Shown here: one piece after another, positions 1 to 7,923 of the stretch
Layout: the number at the start of each line of letters is the position of its first letter
Position numbering within the stretch: position 1 is the first letter of the stretch
NCBI RefSeq assembly: GCF_000195755.1
Contig: NC_002937.3
Span: forward strand, 2,520,001-2,552,000
Source: Nitratidesulfovibrio vulgaris str. Hildenborough
GTDB lineage: Bacteria > Desulfobacterota > Desulfovibrionia > Desulfovibrionales > Desulfovibrionaceae
Direction: 5' to 3'
DNA: 32,000 nucleotides
Made by a program: the position numbers and the translations under genes
Notes under the pieces: model-generated
Seen by the model: the letters and a program-made list of their open reading frames with translations, nothing else
What the model was told of the DNA's origin: nothing
The model's database searches: none

Positions 1-636
1 GAATACATGCGCAAGCCGGGACTTCCGGTCTTCGAGAAGTTCCTTGAGGCCTTCGCGGCCTTCTCCGACGAGGCGGGCAAGGAACAGTATGTGGTACCGT
101 ACCTTCTGAGCGCCTTTCCGGGCTGCACCGACGACCACATGCGCACGCTTTCACGCTGGCTTCAGGCGCGGGGCTGGTCGCCGCAGCAGGTACAGTGCTT
201 CATCCCCACACCGGGCACGGTGGCTACCGCCATGTACGCGGCAGGCATCGACCCGGAGGGCAACCCCATCCCCGTGGCCCGCACCGACGCAGAGCGCCTG
301 CGCCAGCACGGCATCCTCATGCCCGACACAGGACGCCCCCCCTCACGTGACGCCGACAACCGCCGCCGGGGCGATGCCAGACAGAGTGAGACTGGACGCG
401 GCAAGGCCGGAACGCGGGACGGACGGCCGCATCGTTCCGACCGTGACACCGGAAATGCCAACAGGCATGACGGTGGACGAAGTGACAGGAGGGGCGGCAG
501 GCGCGATGAAGACAGGCCCGACCGTGGCAGGCGCAACGGGGCGAGGCCGGATGGCGGCGCGAACAGAGGCAGGGCCGACGCCGAAGAGCGCCGGGAGGGC
601 AGGAAGGGGGGCAGCAAGAGGCCGCCCCGCCGCTGA
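1..636 (+). CDS. ygiQ: YgiQ/UPF0313 family radical SAM protein, C-terminal fragment (5' end outside window)
   Basis: The frame is open to the window edge. The translation YVVPYLLSAFPGCTDDHMRTLSRWLQARGWSPQQVQCFIPTPGTVATAMYAAGIDP matches the conserved YgiQ C-terminal region as I remember it. It is followed by a ~100-aa Arg/Gly/Asp-rich tail, with TGA at 634-636. Confidence 0.8.
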   Translation, partial: EYMRKPGLPVFEKFLEAFAAFSDEAGKEQYVVPYLLSAFPGCTDDHMRTLSRWLQARGWSPQQVQCFIPTPGTVATAMYAAGIDPEGNPIPVARTDAERLRQHGILMPDTGRPPSRDADNRRRGDARQSETGRGKAGTRDGRPHRSDRDTGNANRHDGGRSDRRGGRRDEDRPDRGRRNGARPDGGANRGRADAEERREGRKGGSKRPPRR

Positions 637-648
637 CGTTGAACCGCG

Positions 649-690
649 TGGTGCGGCGCACCGCCGATGCGTCTTTTCCGTCTTCTTGCG
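649..690 (+). terminator. Candidate intrinsic terminator after ygiQ
   Basis: Imperfect hairpin gtggtgc-ggc-gcaccgc (one G:U pair) followed a few nt later by the T-rich tract gtcttttccgtcttctt. The U-tract is interrupted. Confidence 0.3.
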
Positions 691-782
691 TTGCAGAGGC
701 AGCAGGCCTGTGCCGACCGAGTACCATCCAGCGCCCCGAGGACGCCGCAGCCGTGCGAGTGCATGCCATGCAGGCGACATGG

Positions 783-825
783 TAATCCGGGCTGCGCGAT
801 AATCCGGGCTGCGCGATAATCCGGG
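783..825. repeat. 17-bp perfect tandem direct repeat, 2.5 copies (TAATCCGGGCTGCGCGA)
   Basis: Read directly: 783-799 and 800-816 are identical, and 817-825 repeats the first 9 nt. It lies in the convergent intergenic gap, 5 nt from the stop (831-833) of the minus-strand gene. Confidence 0.95.
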
Positions 826-830
826 GCGTC

Positions 831-2591
831 CTAGGTATCCTGCCCGGTGTCCGGCGTCGTGGCGACGCCTGCCCCGGCGGGGTCTCCGCCATCGACAGCA
901 GCGTGCGGGACACTTGTCTCCTTGTGCGGTCTGCGGCCGACCTCGGTCTCCGGCCCCCACGCACGTTCACGACGGCAGGCCCGAAGGGCCGCCTCGCGAA
1001 GCGGGGCCACGCCATGCCGCAGCAGGGCCGCCATCACGCTGGCCGGGCCTCCTTCCATCTCGTGGGAACCATCAGCCGCGAGGTCGGGCGTGACCGGCAG
1101 CGGCAGCGACGCCCCCAGCATATCCGTGAGGACGGTCTCGGCCACGAGCATGGCGTCCTGCCCTCCCCCCACCGATGGGCGCCCAAGCGCGGCAAGGACC
1201 ATCCCCCCGGCTTCGGGTGGCAACGCGCCCAGCACCGCCGCCACATGACGCGGGTCGCGCCGGACCAGCGCCGTGCAGACGGCGAAGGTCACCGCCAGCC
1301 CGGCCGAAGACAGCACCCGCCCCAGCGCCAACGGCGGAACACCGCCGAAGCCCGTGAACGGCGTGTGAGGACCGCCTGCCATGCCTCCAGCCTGTTCCAC
1401 CAGCGCCACGACTTCGCGCACCCTTTCCGGTGAGAAGGCACGCATCAGCAACCGCCTTGCCTCCGCTTCGCCTCCTGTCACGAGGGCTTCGACAGCCGTC
1501 ACCATGGCACCGTCCTGCCGCAGTACCGCCTCGACCTGTTCCGCGAACAGGGGTTCAAGCCCTGCCAGCGCCCTGACGAAGGCCGCCGCCGCACCGGGCG
1601 TCATGACTCCCAGCGTCTGCACAGTATGACTTTCACCAAGGGACAGGGTACGTACCACGAACCTCTCGGTGGCTGTGAACACCCGTAACGGTCCACTCCG
1701 CCGCGCCATGCGCCGGCGAACCTCTTCGGCCATCTCCGGTGCAAGCAGCGGCAGCAGACGCGTCCGGCGACGGACGGGACATGCCGCCAGCAGCACAGCC
1801 CCCAGTTGCGGGTGCGCCCTGTCGATGCGGGCGACGAGGTGTTCATCGGGCAAGGTGAGCAGGGCGTCCACCATCTGCGCCGGGCACTCGGCCTCGATGG
1901 GCACCACGTGCAACGACTCATCCTCGAACAGGGGATAGAGGGGGGCAAGCAGCCCGTCAGGGAACCACAGGTGCCAGCATGCCTCTTCGGCACCGCACAG
2001 AAGGCGCAACACGGCCTGCCAGCCCCCTCCCTCCCCGAAGGATGTGGCAGATGCGAGTTCGCCCTCCGCCACGGTCTCTATCTCGAAGAACGGCAGAAAG
2101 GCCGCCTCGAGGTCAAGCTGGACCGCACGCATGAAATGCCCGCACACCGCCATGACGACCTGCGACGGCGGCCAGCTGGCACACCCCTTCGGCATCCCCC
2201 CCGCACCGAGGGCATGGCGGGCCACAGTGTCCACCCACCCCTCATCGACCGCAAGGCAGACGACATCATCGAGGGGAACCACCGCCGCCATATGCCACAA
2301 CACCCTTCCCGACCGGACGGCGACATCCTGCTGATGCCCAGCGGATTCCGCGTCATGCTGGCATCCGGGCTGTTCATGGAAACCGGAGGGGCGATGCGAC
2401 ACCGACACCACCTCCACGACGCACGGGGTGCCGGTGTAGGCCGAAAGCCGGGTGGCGGCGCCACGGGCGAAGCGCCGCACGATGCGTTCAAGGACAGGCA
2501 ACCGCTGCGGGGGCGACGGCCCGACCCCTCGCCTACCCGCACGGAAAGGCAGCAACTTGCGCTTGCCCGAAAAGACGGATGACCGTGCCAT
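831..2591 (-). CDS. Hypothetical protein with FliM-like N-terminal/middle region fused to FliG-like ARM repeats
   Basis: 586-codon ORF. ATG at 2589-2591 is preceded by AGGAGGAG (reverse complement of 2594-2601). LPVLERIVRRFARGAATRLSAY..VVEVVSVS resembles the FliM N-terminal core, and a GGXG-like GAGG lies at nt 2196-2207. IDRAHPQLGAVLLAACPVRRRTRLLPLLAPEMAEEVRRRM parallels the FliG EHPQ(R) middle domain (AHPQ at nt 1806-1817). A further VLGALPPEAGGMVLAAL repeat follows. Confidence 0.7.
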   Translation of the reverse strand: MARSSVFSGKRKLLPFRAGRRGVGPSPPQRLPVLERIVRRFARGAATRLSAYTGTPCVVEVVSVSHRPSGFHEQPGCQHDAESAGHQQDVAVRSGRVLWHMAAVVPLDDVVCLAVDEGWVDTVARHALGAGGMPKGCASWPPSQVVMAVCGHFMRAVQLDLEAAFLPFFEIETVAEGELASATSFGEGGGWQAVLRLLCGAEEACWHLWFPDGLLAPLYPLFEDESLHVVPIEAECPAQMVDALLTLPDEHLVARIDRAHPQLGAVLLAACPVRRRTRLLPLLAPEMAEEVRRRMARRSGPLRVFTATERFVVRTLSLGESHTVQTLGVMTPGAAAAFVRALAGLEPLFAEQVEAVLRQDGAMVTAVEALVTGGEAEARRLLMRAFSPERVREVVALVEQAGGMAGGPHTPFTGFGGVPPLALGRVLSSAGLAVTFAVCTALVRRDPRHVAAVLGALPPEAGGMVLAALGRPSVGGGQDAMLVAETVLTDMLGASLPLPVTPDLAADGSHEMEGGPASVMAALLRHGVAPLREAALRACRRERAWGPETEVGRRPHKETSVPHAAVDGGDPAGAGVATTPDTGQDT

Positions 2592-2943
2592 CACTCCTCC
2601 TGAACAGACGATGGACCTGTACGCAGTGTAACCCGGTCAGCCCGTGCGCGCCACTAGATGCGCAACCCCGCGGAAGCCCCGGCCCGGCAGCCCTTCGGGC
2701 CGACAAGCCTGGCTCGCCCCGAGGGTTCATCGCCTCCACCATCGTCCGGTGCGAACACTCCGGGCGGGCAGGCTCACCCGATGTACCGGCCAGACACCCG
2801 GACGGGCGGGACGACAGTCTCCCCCGGCTTGTCATATACGCATCTTCCGTATATCGCTGGTGAAACATGCAGGGATAACATGCGCCGGACGCCGCGTCCC
2901 TGACCAAGCCCGGAGAGGGACACGGAACCTGCGAGGGAGTGTC

Positions 2944-4371
2944 ATGAGCAGGATATACCGCAGCCTATGCCTCGCCCATGCGATGGACGCCCTACGGCAG
3001 GGGCTTTCGCACTTTTCGGGTACCAGCCGCGTGGCACTGCTCATGTCCCTGAAACGGGGCGACCATCTTCGCGTCTACGACCCCCAGAACCTGCTGCGAG
3101 ACCACGAACCGCGCCTGCGCGAGACCATGCTCGACCACATCGACTGGATGCTCACGGGGCCGCCCATGCGAGGTATCTCGCCCCACGAACAGCACCCCCT
3201 GCCCGACCCGCAACTGACGGGGCTCATCGCCCATGCCTGCCGTACCCGGCACACGTGGCTTCAGGTCTGGTTCACCGAAGAGCACCCCGGCATGTGCTCC
3301 ACCGGCCCCACGCGCTGCTGGCTTGAATACGCCGCCAACCAGCTTTCCCTCGACCTCGGCACAGTGGGCAGCCTGCGTGCCGGAGTCTCGGCCTTTCTGC
3401 TGCAAGGCTATGCCCTTCACGCCGTACGCGACTGGATTGTCGACCAGCGCAACCGCGCCATGGGACCGGATACGAAGCTGCGTGTCTACCCCACGCTGGA
3501 CGCGGTGCTGGGCATCTCCCATACCCGCGAGGAAGGCGCATGGCCCGAAGGACGACTCGCCTTCATCGAACCGGCATGGTGTGAGCGACTCGACTACCTC
3601 GCCCGGTTTCCGGCGCACGAACGGCCCCTTCTGGCGAACCTGCGCCACTGCCGCAAGATGCTGCAATCCGTCACGGGGTCGGACAGGATTCTCGTCTCTG
3701 ACGGGGTCTCCATAACCGGCATCACGCGCGAGAAGCTGCCTCCCTGCACCATCGTCGCAGACTACAGGGGGCGGCACGGCTTCCTCTGGCTGGATGCCGA
3801 ACTTGTATGCAGCTTCTCAGACGGTTCGTTCCACTCTTCCGACCGCCGCCCCAACCTCGTCCACCTCGAAGAATTCCTGTTCGAAGCCCGCTGCACGGCC
3901 GAAGAACAGCAGAAACTGCGCCGCGTGGCGTTGCGCATCGTCGAGTGCGCACAAGACCGCAAGCACGGCTGCGCACTCATCATCGACCTCGGAACACCGC
4001 CGCGCACTCTGGCGGGGCAGTCGCTGGTCACCCCCGTCGACCTCGATACCGACGAAGGACTGAGCCTTGCCTGTGCGCTGGCGAAGGTCGACGGTGCATT
4101 GCACATCAGGCGTGACGGTGCATTGCACGGCTTCGCATGTCTCATGGACGGACTCTCGGTCGCCGGAGAGAACAGGGCGCGCGGTGCACGCTTCAACAGC
4201 GCGTTGCGCTTCACCGCCAACAAGGACGACCTCATGGTCATCGTCGTCTCGGCGGACAGACCCGTCTCGGTGATACAGCGCGGCGTCGAACTCACGTCCG
4301 CATGCGCGTGGTTGCCACCTTCCACCTTCGCCACGCCACCGCTGCTGGAACACTGGATACAGGGCCCCTGA
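2944..4371 (+). CDS. DisA_N/DAC (diadenylate cyclase fold) domain protein with large N-terminal putative sensor region; RHR motif replaced by RFN
   Basis: ATG at 2944 with GAGGGA 7 nt upstream, 475 aa. The C-terminal ~130 aa align by eye to CdaA/DisA. GCALIIDL matches GALIVIE and KVDGALHI matches HDGAMII (DGA at 4090-4098). RGARFNSALRFTANKDDLMVIVVSADRPVSVI matches LGTRHRAAVGISExSDAxxIVVSEETGxISV (RFN at 4189-4197). Confidence 0.75.
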   Translation: MSRIYRSLCLAHAMDALRQGLSHFSGTSRVALLMSLKRGDHLRVYDPQNLLRDHEPRLRETMLDHIDWMLTGPPMRGISPHEQHPLPDPQLTGLIAHACRTRHTWLQVWFTEEHPGMCSTGPTRCWLEYAANQLSLDLGTVGSLRAGVSAFLLQGYALHAVRDWIVDQRNRAMGPDTKLRVYPTLDAVLGISHTREEGAWPEGRLAFIEPAWCERLDYLARFPAHERPLLANLRHCRKMLQSVTGSDRILVSDGVSITGITREKLPPCTIVADYRGRHGFLWLDAELVCSFSDGSFHSSDRRPNLVHLEEFLFEARCTAEEQQKLRRVALRIVECAQDRKHGCALIIDLGTPPRTLAGQSLVTPVDLDTDEGLSLACALAKVDGALHIRRDGALHGFACLMDGLSVAGENRARGARFNSALRFTANKDDLMVIVVSADRPVSVIQRGVELTSACAWLPPSTFATPPLLEHWIQGP

Positions 4372-4700
4372 CGCGAAGGCGAGAACCCCGCTTGCAAGAC
4401 GGACGGGAGAGATGAGGGCAGACACCGGCGAATGGCCTGCAACGCCATACCGGCAGGCCCATACCGGCGAATCCCATGCGCCATGTCCATGCCGCCATCA
4501 TGCCCCCGCATGTTCAGCGCGTCACCGCAAAGCCTGCGCCTGCGTCGCACTTCAAGGCCACACAGCACACCACTCCGGTCGGTTGCTCTTCCTTGAAGCA
4601 TCGACACCCGTGGCGCAGCACCGGGTGCTGGCGCTCGTCCGCCCCCTCATGCTAGGGTGCGGCCCATGAGCCGCAACCATACAGACCACAGGAACACGCC

Positions 4701-5183
4701 ATGAACTACTGGCTCTTCAAAAGTGAAACGGACTGCTTCTCCGTGGACGACCTTGCCGCCTCGCCCGACGCCACCTCGTCATGGGATGGCGTTCGCAACT
4801 ATCAGGCCCGCAACTTCATGCGTACCATGCGCAAGGGCGACCTCGGTTTCTTCTATCACAGCGGAAAGAACCCCGAGATCGCAGGCATTGTCGAGGTCGT
4901 GCGCGAAAGCCACCCCGACCACACCGCGTGGGACCCGGAGAACGATCACTACGACCCCGCATCCACTCCCGATGCCCCTCGATGGGACATGGTCGACGTG
5001 CGACTGGTACAGCGCTTTGTCACGCCCCTGCCCCGTGCCGCGCTGAAGGGCGTCGCCGGTCTTGAAGGCATGGAACTGCTGAAGAAGGGAAGTCGACTTT
5101 CGGTGCAACCCGTCACGCCGGAGGAATTCGCCATCGTGCGGCACCTCGCCGAACAGGCACAGAACACCTCGGAGGGAGCATGA
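4701..5183 (+). CDS. EVE (PUA-like) domain protein
   Basis: MNYWLFKSETDCFSVDDL...WDGVRNYQARNFMRTMRKGDLGFFYHSG...IAGIVEVVRESHPD is the typical EVE/thymocyte nuclear protein 1-like signature. AGGA lies 9 nt upstream of the ATG. Confidence 0.9.
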   Translation: MNYWLFKSETDCFSVDDLAASPDATSSWDGVRNYQARNFMRTMRKGDLGFFYHSGKNPEIAGIVEVVRESHPDHTAWDPENDHYDPASTPDAPRWDMVDVRLVQRFVTPLPRAALKGVAGLEGMELLKKGSRLSVQPVTPEEFAIVRHLAEQAQNTSEGA

Positions 5184-5401
5184 GCAGAAGCGTGGAGGAA
5201 CGGCTGGCGCGACTTGAGGAGACGCTCTACTTCCAGGACGACACCATCACCCAGTTGAACGAGGTCATCGCCGACCAGCAACGTCAACTCGATGAACTGG
5301 AGAAGCGCTGTGCCGCAAGCGAAGACAAGTTGCGCAGCCTCATGCTGCTGCTTTCGGATGATGGCGGAGAGGACAACGGGCCTCCCCCGCACTACCTCTA
5401 G
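5180..5401 (+). CDS. slyX: SlyX family protein
   Basis: 73 aa. The coiled-coil EERLARLEETLYFQDDTITQLNEVIADQQRQLDEL and the C-terminal PPPHY match SlyX. The start overlaps the EVE stop in an ATGA (5180-5183). Confidence 0.9.
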   Translation: MSRSVEERLARLEETLYFQDDTITQLNEVIADQQRQLDELEKRCAASEDKLRSLMLLLSDDGGEDNGPPPHYL

Positions 5402-5836
5402 GACACCAGACAGACAGATGGCCGCGGCTGACGGCCCTGACAACAGACAGACCTTCGCCACCGGCGGAGGTCTTCCTGTCTCATCTGTCGTCTCTCGGCG
5501 AGAGGTCATGCTGGCGTGAGGTATTGCTGCCTTGGAACGATGTGAGGGGCTGAAGCGCCACGCAAGGATGGGGAGGGGCGTTCACTCTCAGCCCGCCCGT
5601 CCGGTTGGCGGCCCGACGCACCGTCATGACGTGCGCGACACCGTGTGACCAGAAGGAGGAGTGGGGTCGCACCGCGCGGCATCCTGATGCGGGTATCGTC
5701 CGCTGGCAGACTGCCGCCGGACACTGTCAAAGGTATCACCGCACCGGCAGATGCGGACATGTCGCCCTGTCAGGCTTCGCCGCGTGTCGAAGGCGAGACT
5801 GCGTCGTGCCCGACGCCCCTGCCTCGCCATCGCCGG

Positions 5837-6259
5837 TCACCGCCGTGACATGTCATCCGCACTGGTACAGATTCGGACGAGTCTCCGACGCAAGGCAGCC
5901 CACCCATCCCGCGCCTGCCGTCTTCCGGCAAACCAGCCGCAAGCCACGCCAAGGGCGTTCGCCGCCATATCCGCCAGAGAGGCGAAGCGACCGGGCACGA
6001 AATGCTGCGCGACCTCGATACCGCCCCCCAGCAGGACCATGGCGAGAGAGGCGTACGAAGCCGCAACCGGGCGGGTGAACGCCGCCCACGGCAACAGCGC
6101 CAGCCATGCATAGCCTATCAGGTGCTCAACCTTGTCGATGTGCGGCACCGGCGGGCCGTCGGGCACCGGCAGCAACGACCCCGCCACGACAACTCCGATG
6201 GAGACCAGCCAGAGAACAAGAAACGTCGTTCTCACCTGCCGCGATGGCACAGACATCAC
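5837..6259 (-). CDS. VanZ family membrane protein
   Basis: Hydrophobic N-terminus, DKVEHLIGYAWLALL and GGGIEVAQHFVPGRFASLADMAANALGV are VanZ-like. GTG at 6259 or ATG at 6256, with GGGGGA upstream. Confidence 0.8.
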   Translation of the reverse strand: MMSVPSRQVRTTFLVLWLVSIGVVVAGSLLPVPDGPPVPHIDKVEHLIGYAWLALLPWAAFTRPVAASYASLAMVLLGGGIEVAQHFVPGRFASLADMAANALGVACGWFAGRRQARDGWAALRRRLVRICTSADDMSRR

Positions 6260-6426
6260 TCATCCCCCCATGACACCATCGTGTCCATCGTCGGACGCCC
6301 TCTGTTGTGTTGTCGTGCACCACGGCACGGATTGCGGGATTCGGACTCCGGGGATGCCAGCTGCCCTCTGTCAGCGGCAAGGCCTCACGGGTAAGGGCCG
6401 ACCGACGACCCACTCAGGTGATATCC

Positions 6427-6468
6427 GAACGACATCACACCGACGACATCACACCGACGACATCACGC
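6427..6468. repeat. 14-bp tandem direct repeat x3 (CGACGACATCACAC consensus)
   Basis: Read directly: gaacgacatcacac / cgacgacatcacac / cgacgacatcacgc. It lies in the intergenic region between vanZ-like and rhodanese genes. Confidence 0.9.
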
Positions 6469-6616
6469 CAACGGCAGCCCCCCGACGGCGGCACTCGACA
6501 GCAGTACATGGGGACGTACCCCGGCGGTATCACAGTCACCGCATCGGCAGACCTTTCGCTGACGCGCCTGTACCCTTCACGACCTTCGGCGACGCCACGC
6601 GTCACCGTCGCAGGAC

Positions 6617-7171
6617 TCACCCTGCCCCGGTGCACCGCCCTCGCATGTCCCCCGCGGCGCGTCCATGCAACAACGGCAACCCCGCTGCACGCCATGCGGC
6701 CATGCCACCGCAGAGCATCGCCACATTGCGGGCCCCGAGCAGCAACGCCTGCCCAAGCCATCTATGCGCCAGACAGGGACAGCCCGTCGCGCCCATCGCG
6801 CCCGTCGCGAGGGTGCTGCCGACCTCCACAGGGCCGCCCCGGCCGGGGGGAGGACTGTTCGTGGAAAGACAGCCCCGTCCCGCATCGGGGCAGGTCGCAG
6901 CCGCCTCACTGCAGAACACGAGCATACTGCCGGCATGACGCCGCAGCAGGCGGGCAAGACGCCGCTGCATCGCATACCGTGCGAACAAGTCCGGCAACCA
7001 GCGGAACAGCCCGGCATCCCGCAACGGTATCGCACCGGGGATGTGCCCGCCTTCCCACGCCGAAGAGGGGCGCAAGTCCACGGCTACGCACACGCCCTGT
7101 TGCATTCCCGCCGCAAGGGCCAACGCATCCATCTCTACGACGGGCACGCTGACGCCCCCCGCTTCCGGCAT
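6617..7171 (-). CDS. Rhodanese-like domain protein (start uncertain; alternatives ATG 7342, TTG 7351)
   Basis: VCVAVDLRPSSAWEGGHIPGAIPL and NVAMLCGGMAAWRAAGLPL are the N- and C-terminal rhodanese signatures. The domain begins near MPEAGGVSVPVVEMDAL (ATG 7169-7171). No upstream candidate start has a convincing SD. Confidence 0.6.
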   Translation of the reverse strand: MPEAGGVSVPVVEMDALALAAGMQQGVCVAVDLRPSSAWEGGHIPGAIPLRDAGLFRWLPDLFARYAMQRRLARLLRRHAGSMLVFCSEAAATCPDAGRGCLSTNSPPPGRGGPVEVGSTLATGAMGATGCPCLAHRWLGQALLLGARNVAMLCGGMAAWRAAGLPLLHGRAAGDMRGRCTGAG

Positions 7172-7460
7172 GTCCCTGTGGGCAGGAAGGATGCCCTTCG
7201 CCTGCCCATGACCTTCTGGACGGGCGACAGCAAGGTGCGCTGGAAGCCCTGTGCCGTCTTCCGGCGGGGAATCGGAGATACGATGACGATATGCTGCCAC
7301 AAGCCACCTCGGCGTATGGCTGATTGTACCGCCCCGCACCATGAGGGGCAAGGCTGGTCAGCCGAAGCAGCCGGAGAAGGCCCTAGCGGCATCAGGTCGC
7401 AGGGAAAACCAGAGGAACATCCGCACGATGCATTGTTCGGCACATCGTGCGGACGTTACG

Positions 7461-7790
7461 CTAATTGGCGGATACGGTCGCCTGTGCGGGCGTCTCCTCC
7501 TCGTCCTGCAGCAGCAGTCCGAGAGGAACGTAGGGCCCGAGGGGGATGAGGTCGAACTCCACCTGCTTTTCACGCACCAGCGGCAGTTCACGCAGCATGG
7601 CCCGTGCGTCGTCGACGGAGGGGGCTTCGAGCACCAGCACGGTACCCGACCTGTCCTGCCTGAAGTACATCTCGCGCACCACGTCGGCGAGGTACAGCCG
7701 CACGCACTGCGAAATCTCCTTCAGGAAAAGCTCGCGAATCCTTTCGGGGGTTGCCTTGTCGCGCACCTTATCGATGGCAAGAATCTTCAT
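7461..7790 (-). CDS. Small muconolactone delta-isomerase-like (ferredoxin-fold) protein
   Basis: ATG at 7788-7790 with AAGGAG upstream, 109 aa. PSVDDARAMLRELPLVREKQVEFDLIPLGPY parallels muconolactone isomerase PSVEALHDTLMQLPLFPYMDIEVDGL. The longer 199-aa ORF upstream lacks an SD and looks like a high-GC read-through. Confidence 0.65.
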   Translation of the reverse strand: MKILAIDKVRDKATPERIRELFLKEISQCVRLYLADVVREMYFRQDRSGTVLVLEAPSVDDARAMLRELPLVREKQVEFDLIPLGPYVPLGLLLQDEEETPAQATVSAN

Positions 7791-7923
7791 GCTTCGCTCC
7801 TTGGGTATGCGAGGAGGCCCCACCGCAAGGGCGAAGCCTCCGTTCCGCATCCGGGTACGCTTTTTCGGGCTTCGCCTCAAGCCCCCGCGACCATTGCAGC
7901 GCAAGCAGCACGACCGTGTCGCT

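Noticed and set aside
2644-2943. N-terminal 100-codon extension of the DAC-like ORF. Analogous extensions lie at 7791-8060, 11550-11606, 12345-12440, 13526-13732, 20226-20393, 25920-26006, 30255-30359 and 30333-30512.
   Set aside because: The extensions are low-complexity Arg/Pro-rich, lack an SD, and in several cases contain terminator hairpins or A/T-rich leader sequence. In each case an internal ATG with a good SD starts the recognisable domain.
4420-4500. Short direct repeats (ccataccggc x2, accggcgaat x2) and a CCAT-rich tract in the intergenic region after the DAC gene.
   Set aside because: The units are 9-10 bp, with only two copies and irregular spacing. This is compatible with chance in low-complexity high-GC sequence.
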